Source of the DNA: Trypanosoma brucei
Lineage: Eukaryota
Direction: 5' to 3'
NCBI GenBank assembly: GCA_000002445.1
Contig: CP000071.1
Coordinates: forward strand, 1,632,001 to 1,696,000
DNA: 64,000 bases
The position numbers and the translations under genes are program-made. Positions 24,001 through 32,002 of the stretch are shown one piece after another (position 1 is the first letter of the stretch; each line of letters begins with the position of its first letter). The notes beneath the pieces were generated by a model that made no database searches, was not told the DNA's origin, and saw nothing but the letters and a program-made list of their open reading frames with translations.

Positions 24001-26481
24001 CATCGGCTGGCGCGCGTCGGACCCGGTTGCTCAACGCCGTTCGTAATGAACCCGCGTGATAAACCAACCCGCACTCGCATCACCCTCGAGTCGGGAACCT
24101 GGGACACAACCGCTACCGCGGATGTTGGTGAAGAACCCCCCAAATGGGAAGGAGAGCACCCGACCCCCTTCGTCGAGTTCGACTTCGACAGACCCATGAG
24201 ACAGGAAGAAAGGTACAATGAACTAGATATTGAGTATGTTGTTGGCTTTGGGCCATTCGGGCAGCAGATTGTCGAACTTAAAGTCGCCACCAGCGCCGGT
24301 ATGTGTACAACTAGAGGCGCTGCTGGTGGTGGCGTGCTGAACCCCCTGGAATCAGACAGTATTTTGAACGAACGCTCCCTCCGCGTGTATCAGCCACCAC
24401 CCCCGACTCCATTAGATGTGGTTATGAACTTGTCCTATGTTACCTGTTCGCTTGTGACGATGGACCAAGAAATTCTTCTTGTTGCAATCGAAGATGTTCG
24501 TTGCCACGTTACCAGAAAGGATACTAAGGAAACGGTTAATTTCACTGTGAAGAATATTCAAATCGACAACCAATGTGAGGAGAAACCAGTATATGAGGTT
24601 TGCCTTGTGGCTATCCGCGCCGCTAACGATGTGCAGTGCATTTCTGCCTATGTGGAACGTGAGATAGTTCCCGCCCGGGCGCTGCTTTGTGTGAATCAAG
24701 TTTGTCTCAACGTTGTTCCGATTGCTGTTCGATTATCTGATAACGTGCTAGTCGCAATTGCCAGCTTTGGGGCGCAGCTCACTGTAGAGCAACCCATGCG
24801 CGCTCAAGCTCCGACGGAACAGGAGCTCTTTGATAACGCCCCAGTAACCGTGGGTGCCATGAACACACGTGTAATCCTTCGGTGCATGGTTGTAAACCCG
24901 TTGGAAGTGCGAGTATGGTTCGAACGCGAGGCCGGTGGGCATGACTTCATTCGGGAGCATGTGCGTGTTCGAACCGCAGCATTGCTGTCCATGATGATTC
25001 AGTCATGTGAAGATGTGCATATCAATTTGCCTGGCCTCAACATAGAGAGACGCTCCGGTAGTGCAGGTGTACTTTGGGAGTGGCTTCTGAAAGTATACTG
25101 GGATAAGTCCTATACGCTTATGGCAGGCTTGTTCTACCAATACGCTTCTTCTCTTCCGCTAATCGGAGCTCCTATCAAACTGTTCTCCGGTTTTGGCGCC
25201 GGTGCACTCAAGTTCTTCCAGGAGCCCGTCGCCGGTTTGCAGGAGTCACCAAAGGCGTTTGCCCGTGGCTTGGCAGCTGGCTCCGCCGCTTTGCTGAGGG
25301 AAACTGCCGGTGGAGGACTCGGCGCCGTATCAAACCTCGCAAAAACCGGTGCTAGCATTATAGATGTCTTTGGAGATGGTTCTCGTACCTCCTCGCGTAG
25401 TGGTGGAGCTGGAGCGTGTGTACTGCATGGCCTTGCCAGCGGTGTTAAAGGTGTTGTGAACGCGCCTGTGGAGGGAGCCACTCAGGGTGGTGCTCGCGGT
25501 TTGCTTTTTGGGATGGGTAAAGGAGCGCTTGGACTCGTGACTAAACCCGTTGCGGGTCTGTTGGCAGATGTTTCCCGACTGACAGGCACAGCGGCAAGGG
25601 CATGCGACTCCTCTCACCTTCCCAAGGTAAGGCGTCGAAGGGGGTTGCGTGAATTTCATGCGAATGGAGCGGTGGCCGAGCGCAACTCGCTGCTCACCGT
25701 CTTTGAGTACGAGCGCGGGGAGCATGACGGTTCGAAGTGGACGGTTGGGTCTGAGAGTTCGTGGTCTGATGACAAACCGCAGTGGTTGCCGTGTACAAAG
25801 GAACAGATGCAACGAAAGCAGGGAGGGGGACCGCGGCCAGATATGTGGCAGGTTCAACGCTATGGCACGAATTTTGAGGGGTGGAAGTACAGCAAAAATT
25901 ATCATGGTAAATATACCAGAGAACAGCTCCCGAGGTCGAAGGTCCGACGTCGACGTTGGGTGTCGGTAATCAGACCAATGCCCACCTCAGCCATACTCCG
26001 ACTTGTACACATTGCTACTAAAAACCCAACGTGCACCTCCTCTTCCGATTCCGTATCAGATGGCGTTTTCTGCTCTGCACAACTCAAACATGGATCCGTG
26101 TCGTCGGCAACAGCATCTTCTTTTAGGGGCTCGAGTGGTTCTCCCGCGGACGATTCATTTCCCGGAACAAAATTCAAACCCGAGAGCCCCAAGGAGGCCT
26201 TTCGTACGGTGGTGCTCTACGAATACGAGGCAAAGGTTGTGTTTGTTTGGTCAAGCAGGGTTTTACCGCAAGGTCGTTCCCCGTGGGAGGACTCTGAGGG
26301 TTGCCGTGTGCAGCGCAGATCCGACTACAACCCCCCACACGGTTGGTCGTGGGATTCCGATTGGTTCCTCTCCAGGGGTGCCGCCGGTCCTGACGGATGG
26401 GAATACGTTGGAAAAGAGAGTCACACCTCTACCGAGTTGAGGCGCCGTTGCTGGAAGCGAAGAATCCGAAAGGTGCTGTAG
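12049..26481 (+). CDS. VPS13: VPS13-family bridge-like lipid transfer protein (4810 aa)
   Basis: N-terminus is a textbook chorein-N domain: 'MLEKYLSSIIVPYLSQFVENLDSKQLNVDLWNGNVVLKDLMLKKSVLEAL' (compare VPS13 '[34 protein letters not shown]'). Uninterrupted 14.4-kb ORF. The C-terminus carries two DysF-like repeats (see findings). Confidence 0.8.
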   Translation: MLEKYLSSIIVPYLSQFVENLDSKQLNVDLWNGNVVLKDLMLKKSVLEALIQGDPIGDNFSFEGATKAAPTPGVNPAPRLPLTVQRGICKRVNLVVPYTQLRSKPVVMEIGELLICVKGNTECRDVVLSKAAKLDAAAARKSRELEQFEAERRRTRENNANNSAGAAAATSAGAAADTTEKAPGATTGASVTSSATEKGKGKDGYLSRLGELVVNNIVIKVQSVHVRYEDEATKTVAGVILGDVRLFTVDLFTGNEKFVDPVGMRRMTKRLEFAGLQCYCDDPARYELNPHGFFISRVNDMSKWVIAMRERVEEGDVEHSTIVGPVKGHVDVNLILKNFIRDLIWEPYLKVRMRLDSFQSKFNRAQYLTLIRTISLLSNWTSLTEVLSRRPNVPVTGNACAWWRYAIKAVRSVTAAPKRERLLQRISEVCIVDYHVLYRDVVRKTEMSPEKQRAYRFITRFMTVPDMIAGRKYVYAQLANAIQLKRKDTEAKKAEAQPAEEGPKKGGWLSWIRRQHNDPEPQEDEEARALEELEREYGLDPGEANGSDTGEENEEEKLPESYCWFDAQFELSMHHTTLYLSKTQKLDLVLHDVGLLVKTFNAPNSVQVRIVTDNLTLSNPVEDETLRERLPSLVEGLPFRCGPSSEDLGVVTERSRSWNSVPLLECSAALNPVEQPIEDTHLDFTMNMRLLPLRVVADPPTIDAIVRFFHVPKGLDVGYVVGRTKDFALTVGQAASTELRQAMTNTKGYKISLDAAGPHIIFPKTLRGALDEPALAVSLGHAMFDTQPLTETEKQQRLLAAQAGGQNEEWHYYSSTADFSKFFIELGTLGSVLERQGSGFMLVPEIAYSASVLQLIDRDMANNREWLIVRMVVPKLCMACSVGQAHVLSNMVEQWVAYLAAAGTEDDNDPVAMPSVDTAVLGAEKLLAAAGSPGGIGPTVGVGGSTSAGAPSAEGSYFNSCTGNASRPRKAKNSESDSDDALASTTPVVALRTQADLPYVRLHATIEELGISIFEDDLETRQPLVAPRFTMAFRTALMTLHVRTQKQLLEMVLNDPYCLDAREPDHLVIAGPSIHCNAEMAADMPMHVDIVMQPPLKFCLNTSCMELLEAVVDITNLIATTSDAIPQLTRSDEGGVDTVKFERGAKIPLDVMQELQIKQVQHMFGMPDTPVVQMSLRIAGIATVELMERCVERQPSQEQSAGKGERQPRDYPIAYATFKEVNLFLRKNSVTMEVNGSVQQVEVSLSEVHDVSPSNRVVLQRRVAPPHASPIKSKVTEPLETGATVAVAAMSPGSGSGQLASSQENLPPRLQSSESEQRQHLTFTYRTSRPVMPIFQTGADGKRKLTNVSELRFSGFAELEFSSSDIHLDIHSVIVLSQYFCTGLFAELSGLSLRTRYDGRVPAGPSLIEPPQLLTSVRVFAQDLTFNLPVDARVENDIERFRVSVDHVAVQSSLLSAEEKQSMNISLREIRLLHGFPHGVDAERMQSAAEGKVLMPTTSLDVSLKSPLDQLSDEPLRVELRGDELVLALTEGDIVDLCRLISGNLTRAPPPPPPAPPRLQSLTGSRRESSEVGEARLPSVAACSPQEITEAQSGAHVVWRAGRLTLSLLDTSSSGARFRLEGNGFTFDQRAPGGELSLRWDKLELHDVYEETCRATMLLCGCGRVELGNLPAPWCDPCKGANKEGMNDQVDKINATTGDGTSSVDFEDLTPEQLHQLLQEQLNQPQDSASAGGLSRDFVDIQTLVVDFTLERFAVSDQWLAVYDFVCNQAVVEALQHVASTDDSVPPRRLCQGFKEPSEGMEGAKPFRCIVTTRAVNVPFLTISREEFLEADITSLHADVITYLNTTTVTVRMHDLVVRHSASGERVLFKKHDTDDLHLSSFDNTQENLLLTGINSARSPRTPAGGTTTAPAAALTNPTTTTASPNQPVGTATPDILNLRCHIGGTPENPQQRVRIAVGELATLFSAPLVAQIVEYCAQPEQPIAKISNLGVMREQRERLARAADQMVNNGAINVQVLWQQPCIIFAGNAQELANKSRNIEAHLGLMGSEILFDKRSGSCTVSTKVVGVSIPEMLEETTVRLRYKLEERNADISVVVDKATALLHPVGVEKLLWVIQWNLMVPPDDSGNSVANNVTHSGAVAGACEKEGIKEPNVLNERKEQVVGERSTDLVEEPITQNIHVEASSIVLAMHDVLGLHVHTTALGGLKIHVNAAGDVDIAVKSVTTVEHFTNQRLMEACGEGALTVHVKSAEKTTSVCMAEVNFRVVPKAVGSLLNMLLSVQLPPPLPSVSGVPTTVLPSETGWEHRLSVRLNCCRTLALHDGQEVFLAEYKDLNVDLCSFADASSTLTVSIGWLVVQNLYSKKVKGSELMLPMDGEENGSPAVIDFVLTTSPPNNRSVTRDCDCAAAPCYVQQLRCRISSFLIVSVPDVTYAAVQVTADILGNISDVNRGKAYDYVAEKTAQQIRERQQLTEVEVAIGRPCIKLLDAVDSQNVVEVFLGDFVVRNKLRCAAAQGSNVAMCAPHAEVFSLSINRLSLNILGGSAFNHSSSIEVEFSRLITDDVIPTVASDESVGVPNDEMMSLNVSVPMLSARLTEAQLNTLLDVVGAFSSFGCSPPVWGDSCGAFPSSHSQGASGHHDGSMSATSFHTSSVVSPSGGAAGKRRAKDPLLGLQVQGAAHGCGLPTGDVNVTAATADGTITNSESVTNEVSTSMKISAVMQRLVANIDDKFEITVDHLTVEQVTTSRLSRTANGNDNSNAVPVPPLTNSNSKLFLEGLVIRHCSWGSFDDNNERASLFASRDVEVASVTVMSVNGNSRETDSSTTVRLGCLHTTITPQILVDARNILYGPFCMKVARTPLSPIPICRLTDDVYVLKSNLSLDPTHILITGNKSRCSYVLDLNQYKLCILGPPAPHIVLDDNCELTITNGCIVVPGMYALSSFVSFGGNASVFTTKSCVIEKIAHHDRVVAAVFRPVRRRSRGGVESTAAPTHKNMAAPSVDPAKQPVTSIQPPQQQPQVGAVSLNSTSVIPQCQSNIVPRQASGEEVRSTVSVECKDVMLRVMAEEAEDIGVCMFMALDFTTTRQLDDGVLKQNCAKVTLRDIRTSTRDEVALQPSTFTVAVAGTDRVSVTGSLASQGLCLRVSLVRSLVELVKDTMSAFTHEGEVPVYPVNVVLEDENLKPLVDVPALGECRICEMQCAKLATSEEGPGVLCYRCCTGKMALPETNVWFAVDPVDILLLSDSGGMLQLRCVAPFETCYTADKGLHTHMKLQVRNLNDNAAVWEPLVEHITMTFGGDVRTSAYWIKVEKFDYVLSPMNVKLLRKLSEDFSPTSELQRQLRRKFRGNGHSLLQTDDETLDEVGGRGTSAEVAEGVCDDGHKYVAYVEVHNYFSESLEFDGLPIEPRGRSVATNVNKNYGTLRRTHSVSSVGVTINWFRSPLYVRYPDMVVRVQTTLSHREGSKRLFRVVSLRCYPVHRTDMIICLKNNVSTHVEVVSGVPAVGPQESFYFHPDFSLDRKLQLRPVQTVDEEYTEALAVGTGAAPTLSSLLSASSTTLHSRGVKRREKLFVFTIHERQEDIWAGTPMFVISIEPHICIENNLPCSVRFRIHKDGPGKQNLFSSVVKAAERADVIQGETSVDRACFHFEVHHEDKDSNGVIYSTPTPVKLKPRTTHVVLRAQLGDSRELRINVRCKDNKIVLSTPYSIVNFAPLPIELRECSSSGVEIPCAGTNFRFLPKQMKSAYPASPQSADAREFFVNVHIMDYEARAIPLHVQDSSAIVLGERMDKGSAERGTSNRGPILFHLMCTMQVDMYGSRFVTIVPRWTIVNRTPRDLYVAQALLDAAPPGSSSSGKDTRTVGGVPDKVSGRCFRCRYDIAQHIPPNSSTPLFVTARCCSELGYAVFVLADKGARVYGNPVSLEEVASELVVAHGVCEGGEAKRASVVVETSVVVDGPYTFFTVQDLPVSPYILLNRTPLSLELHGAHGHRLARVGPGCSTPFVMNPRDKPTRTRITLESGTWDTTATADVGEEPPKWEGEHPTPFVEFDFDRPMRQEERYNELDIEYVVGFGPFGQQIVELKVATSAGMCTTRGAAGGGVLNPLESDSILNERSLRVYQPPPPTPLDVVMNLSYVTCSLVTMDQEILLVAIEDVRCHVTRKDTKETVNFTVKNIQIDNQCEEKPVYEVCLVAIRAANDVQCISAYVEREIVPARALLCVNQVCLNVVPIAVRLSDNVLVAIASFGAQLTVEQPMRAQAPTEQELFDNAPVTVGAMNTRVILRCMVVNPLEVRVWFEREAGGHDFIREHVRVRTAALLSMMIQSCEDVHINLPGLNIERRSGSAGVLWEWLLKVYWDKSYTLMAGLFYQYASSLPLIGAPIKLFSGFGAGALKFFQEPVAGLQESPKAFARGLAAGSAALLRETAGGGLGAVSNLAKTGASIIDVFGDGSRTSSRSGGAGACVLHGLASGVKGVVNAPVEGATQGGARGLLFGMGKGALGLVTKPVAGLLADVSRLTGTAARACDSSHLPKVRRRRGLREFHANGAVAERNSLLTVFEYERGEHDGSKWTVGSESSWSDDKPQWLPCTKEQMQRKQGGGPRPDMWQVQRYGTNFEGWKYSKNYHGKYTREQLPRSKVRRRRWVSVIRPMPTSAILRLVHIATKNPTCTSSSDSVSDGVFCSAQLKHGSVSSATASSFRGSSGSPADDSFPGTKFKPESPKEAFRTVVLYEYEAKVVFVWSSRVLPQGRSPWEDSEGCRVQRRSDYNPPHGWSWDSDWFLSRGAAGPDGWEYVGKESHTSTELRRRCWKRRIRKVL

Positions 26482-28695
26482 TGGTTTTTGGTTGCTTTGG
26501 TTTAAGCGGGTGAGGGTCTATTGGATGCTGAAGCAGTGTACGAAGGGGGGGGGACGTATAGTGGGGCGGGTATTTATATGTGAAACAGAGTACACTATGA
26601 TGGCAATGGCGGGAAGCAGATAGGAAACCAGGTAAAGGGGGAGGAACATCTGAGATAACAAAATGATGGATGATGTGGGTATGTATGTGTGTGTGTGGAG
26701 GGGGAAATGGTACAGTGGCGCTGCAAAACTAGAGCCCTCGTACCCTTCGTCGCTTCTTTTGTTATCGGTATTATTGTTAGTAGGTGAAGCTTTGATGCGT
26801 AGTATTGCGACTGTGGAGGAATAAAGCGTGTGAAGTAGCGGACAGCCAGAGAGACTGTATGGAAGCACGGAAGGACGTGATTAGCTGGTCGCAACTGCGC
26901 TTATATAAGTAGTATATATGCATTTATACACCCCCAACTGTTGTTGAGGGTGAATTAGGGCGGCCGCATTTAACGTTTTCTTTTTCCCGTTTCTCTCTCG
27001 TTTTTTTTTGCTTGCTATATGGTTAAAGCGTCTTTTACTGTTTTACTTCCCTTTTGAGTATGAACACTTTCCCCTTCTCAGCCCTTCACTTGTTTACCCT
27101 GTTTTTGCGTGCCGTGAAGTGGGGGCGTTCTGACGGGTTTTACTCAGTCGTTGCCTGCAAGTGTGATTTAGGCACGTGTCGTTCTCTTGTAACTATAACC
27201 GTGGGGGTTCAGGATCCTTTTTGTTCTTTTTCTTTTTCTGTCTATAATTAAGTGAATTCTTCACATAGTTCCTTCACTTTCTCCTCCTTTCACTCCCTGT
27301 TGCTTTGCTCTTTACACAGGGGAGAGGAGAAACCTTTCGCTTTCCTTTCCATGTGCTACCATTTTTGGTAACCGTAGCCTTCCCACACTTCTCCAAAAGG
27401 GAAAGGTTGTCAGCGAGGTCGGATTCCGCGAATATTTTGGAGTAATCGCTGATATGTTTAAAACGAAGGGGAGTGGGTGGGTGTAAAAGTAAAATAGTGA
27501 AGGCGGGTGGGGAAAGACTATCTGAGGGGGGAAGAACCTGAGACTAGTGTGATATCGTTGTTGTTGTTGCTTTAAAGTTGATTGGGAGGCTTTCACAATT
27601 TGTTTTCCATTTTCACTGCTATGCTTCGCCCCACGGTGTGGTTGCGGTAACACAATGAATTTCATTAACCAACTCGCTTGGTATTACTCTTCTATTTTTC
27701 TTTCGGAATGGTCCTTGCTTATCTCATTAACGCGAACCTCTGACTATAGCATTGTAGGAGGGGGGGGAAGGAAACAGAAGTAAAAGGAAAAGTAACGGAA
27801 GAGCACAAAGTAGGTACCACCAGATAAGGGTTTGTAAAGTGGGGAAAAGAATAGAGAATTACACGTATATATACATATCTATCAACATATATATATATAT
27901 TGATATATTCCCGCGTACGGGAGAAGTTGGAACGCGATTGCGCAGCATCGTCGGCTCCGGTAAGGGGGGGGGGAAATACTTCCGAACGGTGACTAGTTGA
28001 AGAAACAAATAAAACACTACACCTGGTGTAACTACTATCCCTTTCTTTTTCTTTTGAAGTGAGTAAAGGGTTTGGGCGGAGAATCTCTCGTCAAACAGCG
28101 GCAACCGAAGGGGAAAAAGGGGGACCAGGAACATATAACTGTTAACTCATTCGCCTGCCAACTCATGCCAAGTAGTACCACACGTGGCACAATGCCTCAA
28201 GAGCCAACACGGGGTGACAGGGCCCCGCCCCGCCGCCCCGCCGGTTCCTCTGACCACGATCACAAGGCCCCATCCGGCTTCCCAGTGCTTCAAGGAAATT
28301 CATCCAAACCGACGAATTAAACACCATGAGGTAGTGGTGGTATGAGCGTTGGTTGGTTTAGGTTTTCACCATCGTTGTACCAAGTGTATTAGTAAAAACG
28401 AACAGGGATAAACTGCATTATATAACGTATGAAAATACATTGTGCGCTGAAAGGAATGCATCGTGGAACAGTGAAGGGCTGTTCCGTTCACGAGCAGTTA
28501 TTGAGGGGCAAGGGGAAGAAAACTCGTGATACGCATTGTAGACAGCTAATGAACACTTAACACAAGTGTATTGAGCGGTGGCCACAGCTGAAACGAAAAC
28601 AAACATATTGGCACGCCAAAAACTTTCGGTAAAATGGGGAGGTAGTAGGAGGAAGTGGGGAGAGGCGGGCAAGCGCGACTTTTTCTCTTTCCCTC

Positions 28696-28719
28696 CCCAT
28701 CATCATCATCATCATCATT
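28696..28719. repeat. (CAT)n trinucleotide repeat
   Basis: 'catcatcatcatcatcatcat' in the long intergenic region upstream of the CUE/Grx-like gene. Confidence 0.85.
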
Positions 28720-29154
28720 TTAGTTCAATTAGTTTTCACAGTTTTACGTTTTGAATGCGTGGATGTGCCCATGATTTGTTGCCGTGGATCCCACGTGGGC
28801 GCGCATATAAACTACATGTTGATATGAAATTTGCTCTTTCCCTGTCCGTTAAACATAGCTAACCTGTTTGGCACCTTGCGTTCCCACCCGTGCACTAAGT
28901 TACTTGTACCCACTTTTTATTTTGTTTTATTCCTGACACAACCCCCGACTAGGAAGGTTAGCAGTACGTTTGAGAAACAGAAAAAAACAAAAGAGGGTGG
29001 TAACGTAGCCGGTCACTTAACCGGGGCTGGTAATACGCAGTGTTGCCCGGTAGAAAGCGCGAAGAGAAGTAATAAGGGTAAGGATTAAAAGATACGGGAG
29101 GGATATTCAAAAAAATAGTAATAGAAGAGCTATAAAAAGTATCACATAAATCGG

Positions 29155-30009
29155 TTGGAGGTGAGAGATAGCACTGGCAACATTTGCCTAACGATTATGG
29201 AAACGAGAAAAGTTACAGAGTGCACGCCCTCACCTGAGGAGGAATTTCGAAGCGGTACTTCACTCAAATACCCGGACGAGGAACGGACACGACAGCAGTT
29301 AACGTTGGCCTTTCCATCCATAGATGCAGACGTTATTGAGGAAATGGCCTTCCTCGTTGGTAGGAAACGGTACACCATTGATAAGGTTGTATATATGCTC
29401 CGCCTCATTGAAGAGAGTATGAAACTCGACAACCCCGCCAACAAGGGATTAGTAAATTCCGGGGAAAGTGAAGGTCAGGAGGTGCAAGTTCTCCAAGAGG
29501 GAACGGATGACACTTCAACGGGTCACAGCTTACCTTTGCAGAGTTCACAACCACAAGAGGGGCTGGATCAAACAACTATGAAACAGCAGCGTGACTTACC
29601 CGAAGGGAATCGAGGAGGTGTGGAAGAGCTGCAGCCATTCATGCTATCGTATTCCAATTCACATAGTGCAAACTTTGTTGGGGTGAAACTATTCTTCACA
29701 AGTATGACGGGTGATCGTCGCATTCGTGACCACTGTCGCCGGGCGGAGACGCTGTTGTACCTTAAGCGTATCACGTACGAACCTGTGAATGTTGCGGACA
29801 GTCCAACACTGCAACGAAATTTGCGTGAGATGTACGCGGCATGCACAGGGAAAAGGGGTGCACCACCACTACCGGCACTGTTTGTTGGCACCAGTTATGT
29901 AGGAAACTATGAGGAGATGCAAGAGATGGAAGATGATGGCACCCTTATGGACACTCTCGAGCACCTTGGTTACAAACACGAGATTCAATCAAGTGTGGTT
30001 ACGAGGTGA
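29155..30009 (+). CDS. Protein with N-terminal CUE-like motif and C-terminal glutaredoxin-like (thioredoxin-fold) domain
   Basis: C-terminal block 'KLFFTSMTGDRRIRDHCRRAETLLYLKRITYEPVNVADSPTLQRNLREMYAACTGKRGAPPLPALFVGTSYVGNYEEMQEMEDDGTLMDTLEHLG' follows the glutaredoxin-domain pattern (…hydrophobic-F-V-G-x-x-Y-V-G…). N-terminal 'LTLAFPSIDADVIEEMAFLVG…VVYML' resembles a CUE (FP … dileucine) ubiquitin-binding helix bundle. An internal start at 29197 (METRK) is possible. Confidence 0.4.
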   Translation: MEVRDSTGNICLTIMETRKVTECTPSPEEEFRSGTSLKYPDEERTRQQLTLAFPSIDADVIEEMAFLVGRKRYTIDKVVYMLRLIEESMKLDNPANKGLVNSGESEGQEVQVLQEGTDDTSTGHSLPLQSSQPQEGLDQTTMKQQRDLPEGNRGGVEELQPFMLSYSNSHSANFVGVKLFFTSMTGDRRIRDHCRRAETLLYLKRITYEPVNVADSPTLQRNLREMYAACTGKRGAPPLPALFVGTSYVGNYEEMQEMEDDGTLMDTLEHLGYKHEIQSSVVTR

Positions 30010-30340
30010 GGGGAGGGAAGCTGCGCAGGAAAAGGAGCGTGTGTGTCGTCCATAGCGTCAGGTTGGACAGTCAACCAGTATTAGTGGTAAGTGGTAGAGG
30101 GAGACACTTAGACTTCTAACATACTTTTTGTCGTTTTGAAACCTCTATTGACTTCTTCCATCGCGCAAAGGACCGAAGAGGACCGGGAGTTTTCTTTCCC
30201 TTTCCTATATCTTCCTCAGCGTTGCAACGCTTCCCCTTCTAGTTGTGTAATATGTAATGCTCTCTTTGCTTCCGGATCGTGGTTATACCATGGAAGGAAT
30301 ATCTTTTAAGTTTCTTCTATCTAGCGACCACCTATCGATT

Positions 30341-30585
30341 TGTCGCCCACAGATCCCTTTCCCCCCTCTGCTCTTTCGTTTTAATCTTTCTCTTTTAGTC
30401 CGTCTGTTCTTGTACTGTATGTCTGTACCGCAATATTAAAAAAAAAACCTGTCCGTTTTTTTTTACCTGTTTTCCCCCCTCCCGCACTGCATATTTGCAA
30501 TGCCCTTCCCCCCGTAGCCACTACAGGTATGCGGGTTGCGTTCGCGTTTTTATTTCCGTTCCCTTTTCTTTTTTTAATTAACGCA
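30341..30585 (+). promoter_or_regulatory. Pyrimidine-rich tract(s): putative trans-splicing/polyadenylation signal region upstream of the transaldolase gene
   Basis: Long runs of C/T on the coding strand ('tccctttcccccctctgctctttcgttttaatctttctcttttagtccgtctgttc', 'ttttttttacctgttttcccccctcccgc', 'ttcccttttctttttttaatt') followed by AG dinucleotides. In kinetoplastids such tracts direct SL addition and upstream poly(A) site choice. Confidence 0.45.
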
Positions 30586-30967
30586 GTGGTATCCTACTGT
30601 CAAGTATTACCGAACTGCGGAATGGAGAGAGCGCAGAAGTGAGACATCTATTTCGCAATTTGCTATTTTGTATCTCTGTTTTCTTTTGTGCCGGTGCACG
30701 TGTGTTGTTGTGATCATTAGCGCTGTTTTATTTTTTAGTGTGCGCATTTGAAAAAAAACAAAAAAAAACACTGTACCCTCTCATTGTATTTTCATAATGT
30801 CGCTTTTCGAATATACTGCATCTCTGTTTTGTCACCCCCGATCTTAAACTTATACATTCCCTCACGAGTGGAACATCACAGTCTCAACATCCAAACAAAA
30901 AGAGGGCAGACGACGGGGAAAATTTGTAGGAGACAAAGAAGATAACTTTACCAAGGAATATAAAGAA

Positions 30968-32002
30968 TTGTTCGCCGGCTTAGAAGGGGGAAGGCAACAA
31001 GACATGAATCAACTGGAGAGCCTCAAGAAACACACATGTGTTGTAATCGACACAGCAGATTTCTCTCTTCTGAAAGAATTTTCTGCTGAAGATGCCACAA
31101 CTAACCCATCGTTGGTCCTAGCTGGCAGTCAGGTCCCGCAACACGCTCACCTCGTCAATAGTGCCGTAGAGTTTGCACGCTCTAATGTCTCTCGGCTACG
31201 TGATGGCCTCCTCTCCAGCGCTGATGATGAGCGCGCCCAGTTGCTGGAGCTCGCAGTTGACAAACTAACAGTGAGTTTCGGTGTGGAAATCCTAAAGGCC
31301 ATTCCTGGTCGGGTGAGCTCAGAGGTAGATGCTCGCCTCTCCTACGACGCTGACAAGATGGTCAAGAAGGCGCAACATATCGTACAATTGTATGCGGAGG
31401 CTGGTGTACCAAAGGAAAGGTTGTATATAAAGCTGGCTTCCACGTGGGAGGGCATTCGCGCCGCGGAGCGCCTGGAACGTGAGGGCATCAACTGCAACCT
31501 CACATTACTATTCTCATTCGATCAGGCCGTGGCCTGTGCTCAAGCAGGCGTTGCCCTCATCTCTCCCTTCGTTGGTCGAGTATTGGATTGGTATAAAGCA
31601 AAGTACCCGGAGCAGGCCGACACATTCATTGGAGCACAAGATCCAGGCGTCATTGCTGTAACGAAAATTTACAACTACTACAAGCGGCATGGTTACAAAA
31701 CCGTTGTGATGGGAGCATCGTTCCGCAACACTGGTGAAGTACTAGAGTTGGCTGGTTGTGATAAACTTACCATTTCTCCTAAGCTACTGCAAGAACTCGC
31801 CAGCACACCTGGTGAAGTCGTGCGGAAATTGGACCCGGCACGACTCACCCAATCCATACCGAAGCTTTCTGAATTGACAAGACCGGAATCTCTCTTTGAG
31901 AGGGAGACAAACAACATGGCAGTTGAGAAGTTGGAAGAAGGTATCCGAAACTTTGCAAAGGATACAGAAAAGTTGGAAGCACTCATCGCTACACTTTTGT
32001 AA
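30968..32002 (+). CDS. TAL: Transaldolase
   Basis: 'LESLKKHTCVVIDTADFSLLKEFSAEDATTNPSLVLAG' matches the bacterial/eukaryotic TalB N-terminus ('LRQYTTVVADTGDI…DATTNPSLIL'). 'KLASTWEG', 'INCNLTLLFS', 'ISPFVGRVLDWY' match the catalytic Lys and barrel strands. The true start is probably the in-frame ATG at 31004 (MNQLESL). Confidence 0.9.
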   Translation: MFAGLEGGRQQDMNQLESLKKHTCVVIDTADFSLLKEFSAEDATTNPSLVLAGSQVPQHAHLVNSAVEFARSNVSRLRDGLLSSADDERAQLLELAVDKLTVSFGVEILKAIPGRVSSEVDARLSYDADKMVKKAQHIVQLYAEAGVPKERLYIKLASTWEGIRAAERLEREGINCNLTLLFSFDQAVACAQAGVALISPFVGRVLDWYKAKYPEQADTFIGAQDPGVIAVTKIYNYYKRHGYKTVVMGASFRNTGEVLELAGCDKLTISPKLLQELASTPGEVVRKLDPARLTQSIPKLSELTRPESLFERETNNMAVEKLEEGIRNFAKDTEKLEALIATLL

